DNA from: Eubacteriales bacterium | GTDB taxonomy: Bacteria; Bacillota; Clostridia; Oscillospirales; CAG-382 | DNA length: 64,000 bases | Assembly: GCA_045539625.1 (NCBI GenBank) | Contig: JAZQFS010000025.1 | Span: forward strand, 18,626-82,625 | Reading direction: 5' to 3' | Part shown: piece after piece, positions 1 to 9,316 of the stretch | Numbering within the stretch: position 1 is the stretch's first letter | Layout of the letters: each line of letters starts with the position of its first letter | Position numbers and translations under genes: made by a program | Notes under the pieces: generated by a model | Seen by the model: only the letters and a program-made list of their open reading frames with translations | Database searches by the model: none | Told to the model about the DNA's origin: nothing

Positions 1-2295
1 ACCAAATCTGGATACAGCATTTGTTCCGGGTGTAAATGATGCTCTTTCTTCCATTGTTTCAGGGTCATAAACCTTACCGTTTAAAACAAGAATACTGTCA
101 ACAACATATACTCTTTCGCCGATACTTATATCATGCTTATTTGCCACCATATCGACGCCGGCATGAACATAAGCATTATACGTTACGGAGGCTACGTTTT
201 CCTGACCTGCAGGGATATAAACCTCGGATGCTGCGGTGTAAACACCGTCTGCAAGAGAACCGTAGTTATTTAAGAGAATGCCTATCTTTGGATAAACTTC
301 AGCACCGCTTGTCTTTGAAGCTGTTCTTACATATTCGTTATCAATATATTTTTCATCGTACAGGAACTTTGAAGTAGAATCACCGGCAATAGCTGAACCG
401 TCAAACCAAATTGCACCGCCGTTTACGGTAGCAATTTTCGGGAACGCATTAGCCGCATTAGATGCGTCTACATATTCGTTAACACCAAGAGTACCGTAAT
501 TATGAATTCTGGAGTTTGTGTTATCGGTATTTGCCTTGCCGTTAAAGTGAAGGTTGGCAAGAAGATAGCCAGCATCTGCTTCAGCAGCAGAAGGGTAAAA
601 ATTATCGTCCCATACAGCATAAAGAGTTGTATCTTCTGAATAAATCTTGCTTGCATCTGTGATAAGCTCGCCATTCTTTGTTTCCGACCAGCCTACAAAT
701 CGGCTTGTTCCGCAATCTTCAAGAGTATAGTTTGCAAAAGTAACTGTAGAGCTGACCTCTGCAGTATCGGGAACAACTACATCCTTGCCGTTTGCATCAA
801 GAGTAAGGTTGATTTTTTCAGGTGCATACCAGATTTTAACCCATTTATAGTAACGTTTTACAGAGGCTTTGTCTGCACCGTGACCGGAATAAAGACCGAT
901 ACCACAAAGTCCCTTATTAGCTTCTGTAAATGTTTGGGTTACAGTACCGTTAAGTTTTGAGACCTGCCTGCCTTTATATATAAATGATGCGGAGTATTCT
1001 TTAAATTCCGTACCAAAAGCTGAATTTGCTTGATACACCGGTGCACCACTAAGACTAGAATCATTGACAACAACGGAATTACCTAATGCAGCATCAGCTT
1101 TCGCTACATACTCAATAGTATAAACACCTTCGGGATATGTTGTCATTGCATTGTTTTCATCATACGCAACAAACCAAAATCTAGGCCAATTATGATTGGT
1201 TATGAGGCTGTCGCCATCTGTTTTATAATTGTTATAAGCTTTAAGTTTTGCAGACGGCATACCGCTTATTGCAGGTGCTGAATAGACACTGTGTTCGCTT
1301 ATCGCCAAATCAGTACTGTTTGATATTGTTTTTGCAGCGACATCAAAGTCAACAAAGTAAGCAAGTTTACCGTACTGACTTGTTGTAGCAATTTCTTTGG
1401 TACTGTACTTTGCATACAGTGTTGTATCAGTTGAAATCACAACAGGTTCGGTGAGAATTTCACCGTTTTCTGTGAGTGACCAGCCAAGAAATTCAGATGC
1501 TGTTTCGGGAAGGTATTTGGGTTCATATTCAGAAGGAACAAAGTAACCGTTCTTTACAACCCCAATAGCCGCAGGAACAGCACCCTTGACTGAGAATGTT
1601 ACTGTGCAAGATTCGGGAGTGTAGTAGATATTGATATTATCTACATACCATACGTTTTTTGCATTATTTTCATACGTCACAAAGCCGTTGTGTATATAAC
1701 TTGTTGAAGTAACACCGGATTCATAAACATAACTCTTTTCCTGAGTGCTGAAAGAGTCTGATGCAGTTATTGTATAGCCTTTAACAATATTATTGGTGTT
1801 AGATGCACAAATGGCAGCAGTAAAGCCCTGTGATTCCACATCAACTTTTATATCCTGCTGAATTCTGTAAGTTCCGTTCGGTAATTCATTAGAACCTGTC
1901 AACATCCATCTTGAATGGCTTGAAGTACCTTTAGAAGGGTCACCCTTTAGAATCATATCGGTGCTTCCTTCCGTCTTTGCTTCTACTGTTGCAGTAACTC
2001 CGCTTACAGCAAAAGTCAAAGTAGGAAACTGTGAAGTATAATTGCTTGCTGCAAGTTTCTGATTACTAAACGCCCCTGCACTGAGATTGTCAAAGTTTAT
2101 GCTGTAAACAAGCTTTTCCTCTACCAAATCCGTTGTAACCGCTGTTTCCTCAGCAACCTCTGCCTCGAAAACCTCTGCCGCATCGGCTGCGACTTCCTGT
2201 GTTGTTTCTACTGTTCCGACTGCCACGGGTGCAGCAAATGCCACGCTTGAGAGAACCATAAGGCAAGCCAGAACAAAGCTTAAATACTTTTTCAT
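1..2295 (-). CDS. Secreted repeat-containing surface protein (partial; 3' end lies beyond the window edge)
   Basis: ATG at 2295 (complement) follows an AAAGGAG RBS. The N-terminus MKKYLSFVLACLMVLSSVAFAAP looks like a signal peptide. I checked the frame as open at 2295, near 700 and at 1-60. It is absent from the ORF track because no stop lies inside the window. It contains repeated F(L/V)GWSxTxNGE...TLYA(K/V)(Y/W) motifs resembling Listeria-Bacteroides (Flg_new) repeats. Confidence 0.75.
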   Translation of the reverse strand, partial: MKKYLSFVLACLMVLSSVAFAAPVAVGTVETTQEVAADAAEVFEAEVAEETAVTTDLVEEKLVYSINFDNLSAGAFSNQKLAASNYTSQFPTLTFAVSGVTATVEAKTEGSTDMILKGDPSKGTSSHSRWMLTGSNELPNGTYRIQQDIKVDVESQGFTAAICASNTNNIVKGYTITASDSFSTQEKSYVYESGVTSTSYIHNGFVTYENNAKNVWYVDNINIYYTPESCTVTFSVKGAVPAAIGVVKNGYFVPSEYEPKYLPETASEFLGWSLTENGEILTEPVVISTDTTLYAKYSTKEIATTSQYGKLAYFVDFDVAAKTISNSTDLAISEHSVYSAPAISGMPSAKLKAYNNYKTDGDSLITNHNWPRFWFVAYDENNAMTTYPEGVYTIEYVAKADAALGNSVVVNDSSLSGAPVYQANSAFGTEFKEYSASFIYKGRQVSKLNGTVTQTFTEANKGLCGIGLYSGHGADKASVKRYYKWVKIWYAPEKINLTLDANGKDVVVPDTAEVSSTVTFANYTLEDCGTSRFVGWSETKNGELITDASKIYSEDTTLYAVWDDNFYPSAAEADAGYLLANLHFNGKANTDNTNSRIHNYGTLGVNEYVDASNAANAFPKIATVNGGAIWFDGSAIAGDSTSKFLYDEKYIDNEYVRTASKTSGAEVYPKIGILLNNYGSLADGVYTAASEVYIPAGQENVASVTYNAYVHAGVDMVANKHDISIGERVYVVDSILVLNGKVYDPETMEERASFTPGTNAVSRFG

Positions 2296-2371
2296 GTTCT
2301 TTTTCTCCTTTAATTATTGTTTAGCCGTGGTTGGGGTATTGCTTTTGGGATTTCGCCGTGGGGTATGCCGA

Positions 2372-2497
2372 TTATTCGCCTTGCGCTGTCTCGAAAAGTG
2401 ATGAGCCGTCAATGAGAACGTCGCTTCCGTTTAAAATGTCCTCAGTTGAAAGCTTTACGGTGTCCATTTCGGGACGGGTGTACTGCTTTTTGGTCAT
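2372..2497 (-). CDS. Small acidic peptide, 41 aa (MTKKQYTRPEMDTVKLSTEDILNGSDVLIDGSSLFETAQGE); paralog of the peptide at 47987-48130
   Basis: ATG is preceded by GGAGAGGAG. It has its own TTGACA-17-ATAATA promoter. It lies 77 nt upstream of, and co-directional with, the secreted protein gene. It shares the motif KKxYxxPE...(E/Q)DILN(G/A)S...LFE with a second small ORF in the window. It is below the ORF-track size cutoff. Confidence 0.6.
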   Translation of the reverse strand: MTKKQYTRPEMDTVKLSTEDILNGSDVLIDGSSLFETAQGE

Positions 2498-2528
2498 AAT
2501 TGAAAACTCCTCTCCATTTTCTTACATT

Positions 2529-2557
2529 TATTATGCAAGCGCCCGCTTTAATGTCAA
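2529..2557 (-). promoter_or_regulatory. Sigma-A type promoter for the small peptide / secreted protein unit
   Basis: Minus strand has TTGACA (2557-2552), a 17 nt spacer, then ATAATA (2534-2529). Confidence 0.55.
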
Positions 2558-2701
2558 TATTTTTTAATGAAATATCAAAAAAAACAATTTATTCATAAGC
2601 AAAAAAACACCCCGATTGTGTAACTTTGATGCATCTTTTTCCAAAAGTCCTCTCTTTTTCACCATTTTCAACAAAATTTATAAAATCCCCCTTCAAACGT
2701 C

Positions 2702-2730
2702 TTGACAACGCCGCAAAGCGGGTATATAAT
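2702..2730 (+). promoter_or_regulatory. Sigma-A type promoter of the metK leader
   Basis: TTGACA at 2702-2707, 17 nt spacer, TATAAT at 2725-2730. Confidence 0.75.
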
Positions 2731-2747
2731 ATGGTAGACAATTAAAA

Positions 2748-2848
2748 TCTTATCAAGAGCGGCTGAGGGAACAGGACCTTTGAAGCCCGGCAACCTGTAA
2801 GTTTACAAGGTGCTACTTCCTGCCGGCATTTTGCCGTGAAAGATGAGA
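2748..2848 (+). promoter_or_regulatory. SAM-I (S-box) riboswitch aptamer
   Basis: Sequence is TCTTATCAAGAGCGGCTGAGGGAACAGGACCTTTGAAGCCCGGCAACC...GGTGCTAC...GATGAGA. The P1 pairing is TCTTATC/GATGAGA. It contains the conserved AAGAG-GAGGGA, GCCCGGCAACC and GGTGCTA blocks. It lies directly upstream of metK. Confidence 0.9.
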
Positions 2849-2911
2849 AGTTATTCTTCATTGCTCTTGAACAAAAAAGGGCGTTTTTTTATGCCCGTGA
2901 AAGGACACAAA

Positions 2912-4096
2912 ATGAAAAAGATTCTTTTTACCTCAGAGTCCGTTACCGAAGGACACCCCGACAAAATATGCGACGCCATTTCAGATGCTGTGCTTGATGC
3001 TTATCTTTCACAGGATCCTATGTCAAGAGTTGCTTGTGAAACCATGGTTACAACAGGTCTTTGTATGATTTCGGGTGAAATCACCTCAAAGGGTACTGTT
3101 GATGTTCAGAAAATTGCAAGAGAAACCATCAGAAAAATCGGCTACGACAGAGCAAAATACGGTTTTGACTGCGACACCTGCGCCGTTATCAGTGCGATCC
3201 ACGAGCAGAGCCCCGACATTGCTTTGGGTGTTGACAAGTCTCTTGAAGCAAAAGAGGGCGACAGTGACAAGTACGACACAGGTGCAGGCGACCAGGGACT
3301 TATTTTCGGATATGCCTGCAACGAAACAGATGAGCTTATGCCGCTTCCCATTTCTCTTGCCCACAAGCTTGCAAAGCGTCTTACAGAGGTGAGAAAGAAC
3401 GGTACTCTTCCCTATCTTCGTCCCGACGGAAAAACACAGGTTACGGTTGAATACGTTGACGGCATGCCTTCAAGAATCGAAGCTGTTGTTGTTTCAAGCC
3501 AGCACGATGCAAAGGCAGAGTTAGGTGCAATCAGACGTGACGTTATAAGAGAGGTTATTCGCCCCATTATCCCCGATGAGCTGATGGACGAAAACACCAA
3601 GATATTCATCAATCCCACAGGACGTTTTGTGATTGGCGGCCCAAACGGTGACACAGGTCTTACAGGCAGAAAAATTATAGTTGACACCTACGGCGGTTAT
3701 TCAAGACACGGCGGCGGTGCTTTCTCGGGCAAGGATCCCACAAAGGTTGACAGAAGTGCGGCATATGCGGCACGTTACGTTGCAAAGAATGTAGTTGCGG
3801 CAGGACTTGCTGACAAGTGCGAGGTTCAGATTGCATATGCCATCGGCGTTGCAAGACCTGTATCCGTTCTTGTTGACACCTTCGGAACTTCTAAAGTTGA
3901 CGAAGAAAAGATTGCAAAGGCAGTTGAAAAGTGCTTTGACCTTCGCCCTGCGGCAATTATTGAAATGCTTGACCTTCGCCGTCCCATCTACAGTCCTGTT
4001 TCCTCCTACGGTCATATGGGCAGAGAAGACCTTGACGTAGTTTGGGAAAAGACTGACAAGGCAGAGGCACTCAAGGCGGCAGTTGCAGCTTTATAA
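2912..4096 (+). CDS. metK: S-adenosylmethionine synthase
   Basis: Begins [21 protein letters not shown]; also has GAGDQG and DTYGG motifs. The start was moved from the track ORF (2843) to the ATG at 2912, which follows AAAGGA; the longer ORF would overlap the riboswitch. Confidence 0.95.
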   Translation: MKKILFTSESVTEGHPDKICDAISDAVLDAYLSQDPMSRVACETMVTTGLCMISGEITSKGTVDVQKIARETIRKIGYDRAKYGFDCDTCAVISAIHEQSPDIALGVDKSLEAKEGDSDKYDTGAGDQGLIFGYACNETDELMPLPISLAHKLAKRLTEVRKNGTLPYLRPDGKTQVTVEYVDGMPSRIEAVVVSSQHDAKAELGAIRRDVIREVIRPIIPDELMDENTKIFINPTGRFVIGGPNGDTGLTGRKIIVDTYGGYSRHGGGAFSGKDPTKVDRSAAYAARYVAKNVVAAGLADKCEVQIAYAIGVARPVSVLVDTFGTSKVDEEKIAKAVEKCFDLRPAAIIEMLDLRRPIYSPVSSYGHMGREDLDVVWEKTDKAEALKAAVAAL

Positions 4097-4123
4097 TATA
4101 AAGTTATTGAAGGGAAAGTTGAT

Positions 4124-5032
4124 ATGGCTATCACTGTAAGAGAAGAAAACTACGAAAACTTCGGAAAATGTCTTTACATTGCCAACGAAAAGCAGGAAAT
4201 GCGGGTAACTGTTGACATAGGTCCTCGAATCATCAGCTACAATCTTTGCGGTAAGGGCAACATGATGTTTGTCGATACAGACCGTCTTTCAATGCGTGAC
4301 AATGACGAATTCAAGGCTGTCTACGGCAAAGACAAGGCATGGTACATTTACGGCGGTCACCGCTTTTGGGTAAGCCCCGAGGAGTACCCCGTCACATATT
4401 ATCCCGACAATGACAAGGTTGATTACAAGATAGAGGGAAATGTATTTACCTTTACTCCGCCCGTTCAGGAAGTCACAGGCTGGCAGGAAGTTTTACAGAT
4501 TACCTTCCACGAAACCGAAGCAAAGGCAGATGTGCTTCACATACTCACAAACACCTCGGACAAAGAAAAATGCGGTTCAATATGGGCACTTTCCGTAACG
4601 GCGGCAGGCGGCAGAGTTTTCCAGAGAATGGCACAGGAGGACACAGGTCTTCTTTCCAACAGAAACCTCATTCTGTGGCCTTACAACAATATGACAGACA
4701 AGCGTTTTTATATGGACGACGAGTTCATCGCTTTGGCTCAGGACAGCAACGCCGAAAAGCCCTTTAAAATCGGAACCAACAACACGGACGGAAGTGTGCT
4801 TTGTTTAAACAACGGCACGGTATTTAAAAAGGAATTCACTTACCTTCACGGTGAACAGTACCCCGATTACGGCTGTTCAACAGAGGTGTTCACCAACGAC
4901 TTTATGCTTGAAATGGAAACCCTTTCTCCCCTTTACCGACTTAAAAGCGGTGAGAAAGCCGAGCACCTTGAAAAGTGGTCACTTACGCCCTGCAGCTCCG
5001 ACAAGCTTGAAGATGTTGTGAAATATCTGTAA
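4124..5032 (+). CDS. Hypothetical protein, 302 aa (possibly a mutarotase-like beta-sandwich; unverified)
   Basis: Clean ORF with a GAAGGGAAA RBS, 27 nt after metK. I recognise no diagnostic motif with certainty. Confidence 0.4.
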   Translation: MAITVREENYENFGKCLYIANEKQEMRVTVDIGPRIISYNLCGKGNMMFVDTDRLSMRDNDEFKAVYGKDKAWYIYGGHRFWVSPEEYPVTYYPDNDKVDYKIEGNVFTFTPPVQEVTGWQEVLQITFHETEAKADVLHILTNTSDKEKCGSIWALSVTAAGGRVFQRMAQEDTGLLSNRNLILWPYNNMTDKRFYMDDEFIALAQDSNAEKPFKIGTNNTDGSVLCLNNGTVFKKEFTYLHGEQYPDYGCSTEVFTNDFMLEMETLSPLYRLKSGEKAEHLEKWSLTPCSSDKLEDVVKYL

Positions 5033-5277
5033 TTATTTGTAAAAAAATGTAACATTAGGGTATTTTCAGCAAAAAGTTGTCTCGTGATTTCGCTATTATG
5101 CTCTCGTATTCTCTCGTTTTCGTGCTTTATTGTGAAATGTGCACAAGTCAGAGCGTAAATTTTTGGATAATAAACATCTTTTCTTTTTCATAAATATTTG
5201 TTATTATAGTATATGTTAAAATAAAAAGTGCGATAAATCGCAGTATATGTGTTTACTATTAGGAGGTTATAAACAAA

Positions 5278-6393
5278 ATGGCAAGTGTATCACTCAAGCA
5301 CATTTTCAAGAGATATCCCGGCGGCGTTACAGCTGTAAGCGATTTCTGCTTGGAAATCAAGGACAAAGAATTCATCATCCTCGTTGGTCCTTCCGGATGC
5401 GGTAAGTCCACAACTCTTCGTATGATCGCAGGTCTTGAAGAAATCACAGAGGGCGAGCTTTACATCGGCGACAGAATCGTTAATGACGTTGCTCCTAAGG
5501 ACAGAGATATTGCGATGGTTTTCCAGAACTACGCTCTTTATCCTCATATGTCCGTATTTGAAAACATGGCTTTCGGCTTAAAGCTCAGAAAGACTCCCAA
5601 GGAAGAAATCAAGAGAAGAGTTGAAGAAGCAGGACGTATTCTCGACATCAGCCACCTTCTCGACAGAAAGCCTAAGGCTCTTTCCGGTGGTCAGAGACAG
5701 AGAGTTGCTCTCGGTCGTGCCATCGTTCGTGAACCTAAGGTATTCCTTCTTGACGAACCTCTCTCAAACCTGGACGCAAAGCTTCGTGCTGCCATGAGAA
5801 CAGAGATTACAAAGCTTCACAAGAAGCTGGGTACAACATTTATCTACGTAACACATGACCAGGTAGAAGCTATGACAATGGCTTCCAGAATCGTTGTTAT
5901 GAAGGACGGTCTTATCCAGCAGGTTGATACTCCTCAGAACCTTTACGATCTGCCCTGCAATGTATTCGTAGCAGGCTTTATCGGAACTCCTCAGATGAAC
6001 TTCATCAATGCTGAAGTACTTAAGGAAGGAGACGACCTTTACGTTAAGTTTGAAAACTGCAAGTTCAAGCTTCCCTCCGAAAAGGCACAGAACGAAGACC
6101 TTCAGAACTACATCGGCAAGGAAGTTATCCTTGGTATCAGACCTGAATGTATCCACGACGAGCCTATGTACCTCTCTTCCCTTGAAGACTGGACAACAGA
6201 GGTTGCTGTTGACGTTACAGAACTTATGGGTGCTGAAATTTACCTCTACCTTACACTTGGCGAAGAAACCAACCTTATCGCAAGAGTTTCTTCCAGAAGC
6301 AAGGCTAAGAGCGGCGACAAGATTCAGGTTGCTTTCGATATTGCTCACGCACACATCTTCGACAAGGAAACTGAAAAGTGCATCGTTCACTAA
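5278..6393 (+). CDS. msmX: Sugar ABC importer ATP-binding protein, MsmX/MalK/UgpC type
   Basis: Walker A GPSGCGKST, LSGGQRQR signature, Walker B FLLDEPLSNLD, and a C-terminal MalK-like regulatory domain. No adjacent permease or binding-protein genes. Confidence 0.85.
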   Translation: MASVSLKHIFKRYPGGVTAVSDFCLEIKDKEFIILVGPSGCGKSTTLRMIAGLEEITEGELYIGDRIVNDVAPKDRDIAMVFQNYALYPHMSVFENMAFGLKLRKTPKEEIKRRVEEAGRILDISHLLDRKPKALSGGQRQRVALGRAIVREPKVFLLDEPLSNLDAKLRAAMRTEITKLHKKLGTTFIYVTHDQVEAMTMASRIVVMKDGLIQQVDTPQNLYDLPCNVFVAGFIGTPQMNFINAEVLKEGDDLYVKFENCKFKLPSEKAQNEDLQNYIGKEVILGIRPECIHDEPMYLSSLEDWTTEVAVDVTELMGAEIYLYLTLGEETNLIARVSSRSKAKSGDKIQVAFDIAHAHIFDKETEKCIVH

Positions 6394-6411
6394 TTTAGCA
6401 AGAACCTATTT

Positions 6412-6440
6412 CAGACCGCCTACACGGCGGTCTGTTTAAT
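6412..6440 (+). terminator. Rho-independent terminator after msmX
   Basis: CAGACCGCC-TACAC-GGCGGTCTG hairpin followed by TTTAATTATT. Confidence 0.7.
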
Positions 6441-6466
6441 TATTACAGCAATAAAAAGGAGATTAT

Positions 6467-6946
6467 ATGTTCAGAGAGCTTACAAGAAAAAACAAACAGC
6501 TTTACAGAGAAGACTGCATACGCATATTAAAGGAAGAAAAGCGCGGCGTGCTGTCTGTCAACGGCGATGACGGCTATCCTTACGGAAGTCCCATGAATCA
6601 CTTTTACAACAGCGAGGACGGCAACATTTACTTTCATTGCGGAAAACAACAGGGACACAGGCTCGATGCCCTTGCCAAAGACAGCAAGGTCTGTTTCTGC
6701 GTTACCGACAGCGGTACAAAAGAGGACGGCGATTGGGCACTTACCTTTAACAGTGTTATAGTTTTCGGCAAGGTAAGAATCATAGACGATGCAAAAAAGG
6801 TTGAGAATATTTCCGCAAAGCTGTGCCGCAAGTTTACACAGGACGAAAAGTACATCAAAGAAGAAATAGACAAGCACCTGAAAAACACTCTTCTTCTGCA
6901 GCTCAGTCCCGAACACATCTGCGGCAAGAAAGTGGTGGAATCGTAA
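6467..6946 (+). CDS. Pyridoxamine 5'-phosphate oxidase family (NimA-like FMN-binding) protein
   Basis: 159 aa with the typical N-terminus MFRELTRKNKQL...C..IL......GVLSV.GDDGYPYG.P. RBS is AAGGAG. Confidence 0.65.
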   Translation: MFRELTRKNKQLYREDCIRILKEEKRGVLSVNGDDGYPYGSPMNHFYNSEDGNIYFHCGKQQGHRLDALAKDSKVCFCVTDSGTKEDGDWALTFNSVIVFGKVRIIDDAKKVENISAKLCRKFTQDEKYIKEEIDKHLKNTLLLQLSPEHICGKKVVES

Positions 6947-7042
6947 TTTCAAGTATCCTGCCATTATTCACAAAATCTACTTGAATATGATTACATTATA
7001 TACTAAAATATTGCTGTAAATTTTATATCAAAGGTGAAGAAA

Positions 7043-8272
7043 ATGAAATACATAATCATCATAGGCGACGGAATGGCTGACTACAACATTCCCGAACTCG
7101 GAGGCAAAACTCCTCTCATGGTGGCAAAAAAGCCACGAATGGACTATATGGCATCCCACGGCGTTGTTGGCTACAGTGCAAATGTTCCCGAAGGAATGGT
7201 TCCCGAAAGCGACACGGCAAATCTCGCCATTATGGGTTACGATCCCAAGATTTATTCCAAGGGCCGTTCCCCGCTTGAGGCGCTGAGCATGGGCATCGAC
7301 ATGGCTGAAAACGAAACAGCTTACAGAATCAACACTGTTGCCCTTACAGAAAACGACTGTACTTATGAAGAGCAGGTTATTCTCGACCATTCGGCCGACG
7401 AAATCTCAACCGAGGAGTCCACAATTCTTGTAAATGCACTGCAGGAAGCTATGGGTGACGAATTCAAAACATATCACCCCGGCATCAGCTACAGACACTG
7501 TCTTATCTGGAAGGACGCACCCGAAACAATGGACTTTGCACGTCCCCACGACCACCTCGGCAAGGTCATCAAGGACTATCTTCCCTCAGGCGAGGTTGGT
7601 GCGCCTTACCTTGAAATCATGAAAAAAAGCTACGAAATTCTCAAGAATCACCCCGTTAACCTTAAGCGTAAGGCTGAAGGCAAAAAGCCTGCAAACTCTC
7701 TTTGGATATGGAGCCCGGGTAAAAAGCCGCAGCTCAGTTCATTTACCGAAAAGTACGGCAAAAAGGCGGCTGTTATCTCGGCGGTTGACCTTATTAAGGG
7801 TATAGGCAAGTGTGCAGGTATGGACGTAATTGACGTTGAAGGTGCAACAGGAAATGTTCACACAAACTTTGACGGCAAGGCTCAGGCGGCTGTTAAAGCT
7901 CTCAGAGACGGTGCTGATTTTGTGTATGTTCACGTTGAAGCTCCCGACGAATGCGGTCACAGAGCAGAGCTGGAAAACAAGGTGCTTTCCATCGAGCTTA
8001 TCGATAAAAAAATCATCGGTTACATTGAGGACGAGCTGAAGAAGGACGGCGAAGACTACCGCTTCCTCATTCTTCCCGACCACCCCACACCAATTGCTCT
8101 TCGTACACACACTATGGACCCTGTTCCGTACATCATGTACGACAGCACCAAGGAGGTCGACAACTCCGTTATTTCCTACGACGAAAAGTTCGGCTACGGA
8201 GACGGCGAAGTGAAGGCAAACCTCAAGTCTTATGACAAGGGTTACACAATGATTGACGATTTCTTTGCATAA
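7043..8272 (+). CDS. apgM: Cofactor-independent phosphoglycerate mutase, archaeal-type (ApgM family metalloenzyme)
   Basis: Begins MKYIIIIGDGMADYNIPELGGKTPL..A..P.MD; also has HVEAPDECGH and LPDHPTP motifs. The ATG at 7043 follows AAGGTG, whereas the track start at 7034 is a GTG inside that RBS. Confidence 0.8.
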   Translation: MKYIIIIGDGMADYNIPELGGKTPLMVAKKPRMDYMASHGVVGYSANVPEGMVPESDTANLAIMGYDPKIYSKGRSPLEALSMGIDMAENETAYRINTVALTENDCTYEEQVILDHSADEISTEESTILVNALQEAMGDEFKTYHPGISYRHCLIWKDAPETMDFARPHDHLGKVIKDYLPSGEVGAPYLEIMKKSYEILKNHPVNLKRKAEGKKPANSLWIWSPGKKPQLSSFTEKYGKKAAVISAVDLIKGIGKCAGMDVIDVEGATGNVHTNFDGKAQAAVKALRDGADFVYVHVEAPDECGHRAELENKVLSIELIDKKIIGYIEDELKKDGEDYRFLILPDHPTPIALRTHTMDPVPYIMYDSTKEVDNSVISYDEKFGYGDGEVKANLKSYDKGYTMIDDFFA

Positions 8273-8289
8273 TAACGTTGATATTTTTA

Positions 8290-8319
8290 CAGAGTTGCAG
8301 TTTGCAGCTCTGTTTTTTT
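8290..8319 (+). terminator. Rho-independent terminator after apgM
   Basis: CAGAGTTGCA-GTT-TGCAGCTCTG hairpin followed by T7. Confidence 0.8.
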
Positions 8320-8343
8320 ATAGCACTTTTATTATATTTTTAC

Positions 8344-8372
8344 TTGACAAAACACTTTTGATAATGTATAAT
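8344..8372 (+). promoter_or_regulatory. Sigma-A promoter of the 8414-15119 sugar cluster
   Basis: TTGACA at 8344-8349, 17 nt spacer, TATAAT at 8367-8372. The inverted repeat GTTAA-ccgaa-TTAAC lies immediately downstream and is a possible operator. Confidence 0.75.
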
Positions 8373-8413
8373 TAAGTTAACCGAATTAACAAATGATACA
8401 AGGAGGATTATAT

Positions 8414-9286
8414 ATGCTTTACACTTTAAAAAACGGTACACTCACTGTAGAAATATCTGACATGGGTGCCGAGATTATGTCTGTTAAAAAGGACGGAGTT
8501 GAATACATCTGGCAAAGAGACAAAAAGTACTGGGCAAGCTGCACTCCCATTATGTTTCCCGTATGCGGAAGACTTTTCGGCTTTAAATACACCTACAAGG
8601 GCAAGGAATATGCCATGGAAAACCACGGCTTTATCAGAAAAACCGTGATGGACGTCAAGGAAAAAACAGACGATTCCATTGTTTTCGCCTTCAGTGCAAA
8701 CGAGGACAGCTTAAAACAGTACCCCTTTATGTTTGACATTGAGATTTCCTACCGTCTTGACGAAAATAACCTTTATTCCGAAATTTACGTCAAGAACACA
8801 GGCAATGACATTCTCCCCTTTGCACCCGGTGCACATCCGGGCTTCTGCGTACCGATAGACGGCAAGGGTGAATTTTCCGACTACTACATTGAATTTGAAG
8901 AGGGCGTAAATCCCGACCATATGATTTTCACCCCAACCTGCTATCAGACAGGTCTCAAGAAGGCGTTGAAGCTGGAAAGCGGCTACAGGCTTCCCCTTCA
9001 CCACGATATGTTTGACAACGATGCCATTTTTATGTCAAGAGCAGGCAAAAAGGTGACACTCAAATCCGATATTACTGACAGATACGTAACACTTTACTGT
9101 GCAGATTTCCCTTATCTCGGACTTTGGCATATGCCCAAAACCGATGCACCCTACGTTTGCATTGAGCCATGGAGTGGTCTTCCCTCTTATGACGGCGTAA
9201 CAGACGATTTTTCCGACAGAAGCGATATGTTCCGTCTTGAAAAGGGCGGCAGCAAAACCGTTGGATATGCAATCTGCTTCGGTTAA
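8414..9286 (+). CDS. Aldose 1-epimerase (galactose mutarotase-like) family protein
   Basis: Begins MLYTLKNGTLTVEISDMGAEIMSVKKDGVEYIW; also has MFPVCGRL, HGF.R and GAHPGF motifs. The ATG at 8414 follows AAGGAGG. Confidence 0.75.
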   Translation: MLYTLKNGTLTVEISDMGAEIMSVKKDGVEYIWQRDKKYWASCTPIMFPVCGRLFGFKYTYKGKEYAMENHGFIRKTVMDVKEKTDDSIVFAFSANEDSLKQYPFMFDIEISYRLDENNLYSEIYVKNTGNDILPFAPGAHPGFCVPIDGKGEFSDYYIEFEEGVNPDHMIFTPTCYQTGLKKALKLESGYRLPLHHDMFDNDAIFMSRAGKKVTLKSDITDRYVTLYCADFPYLGLWHMPKTDAPYVCIEPWSGLPSYDGVTDDFSDRSDMFRLEKGGSKTVGYAICFG

Positions 9287-9316
9287 AACTAATATATACT
9301 GAAAGGGAACGATGAT

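Noticed and set aside
2331-2567. 78-aa plus-strand ORF
   Set aside because: It has no RBS and odd composition. It overlaps the better-supported 41-aa minus-strand ORF, which has its own promoter and RBS and a paralog elsewhere in the window.
2843-2911. N-terminal extensions of track ORFs (metK here; also efp, cysS, rimO, rny, the rpiR-family gene, the exonuclease, the nucleotidyltransferase, marR and others)
   Set aside because: In each case an internal start codon with a proper RBS coincides with the conserved family N-terminus. The extension would overlap a riboswitch, a promoter or an upstream gene.
5764-6390. 208-aa minus-strand ORF
   Set aside because: It is antisense to the MsmX-type ATPase gene.
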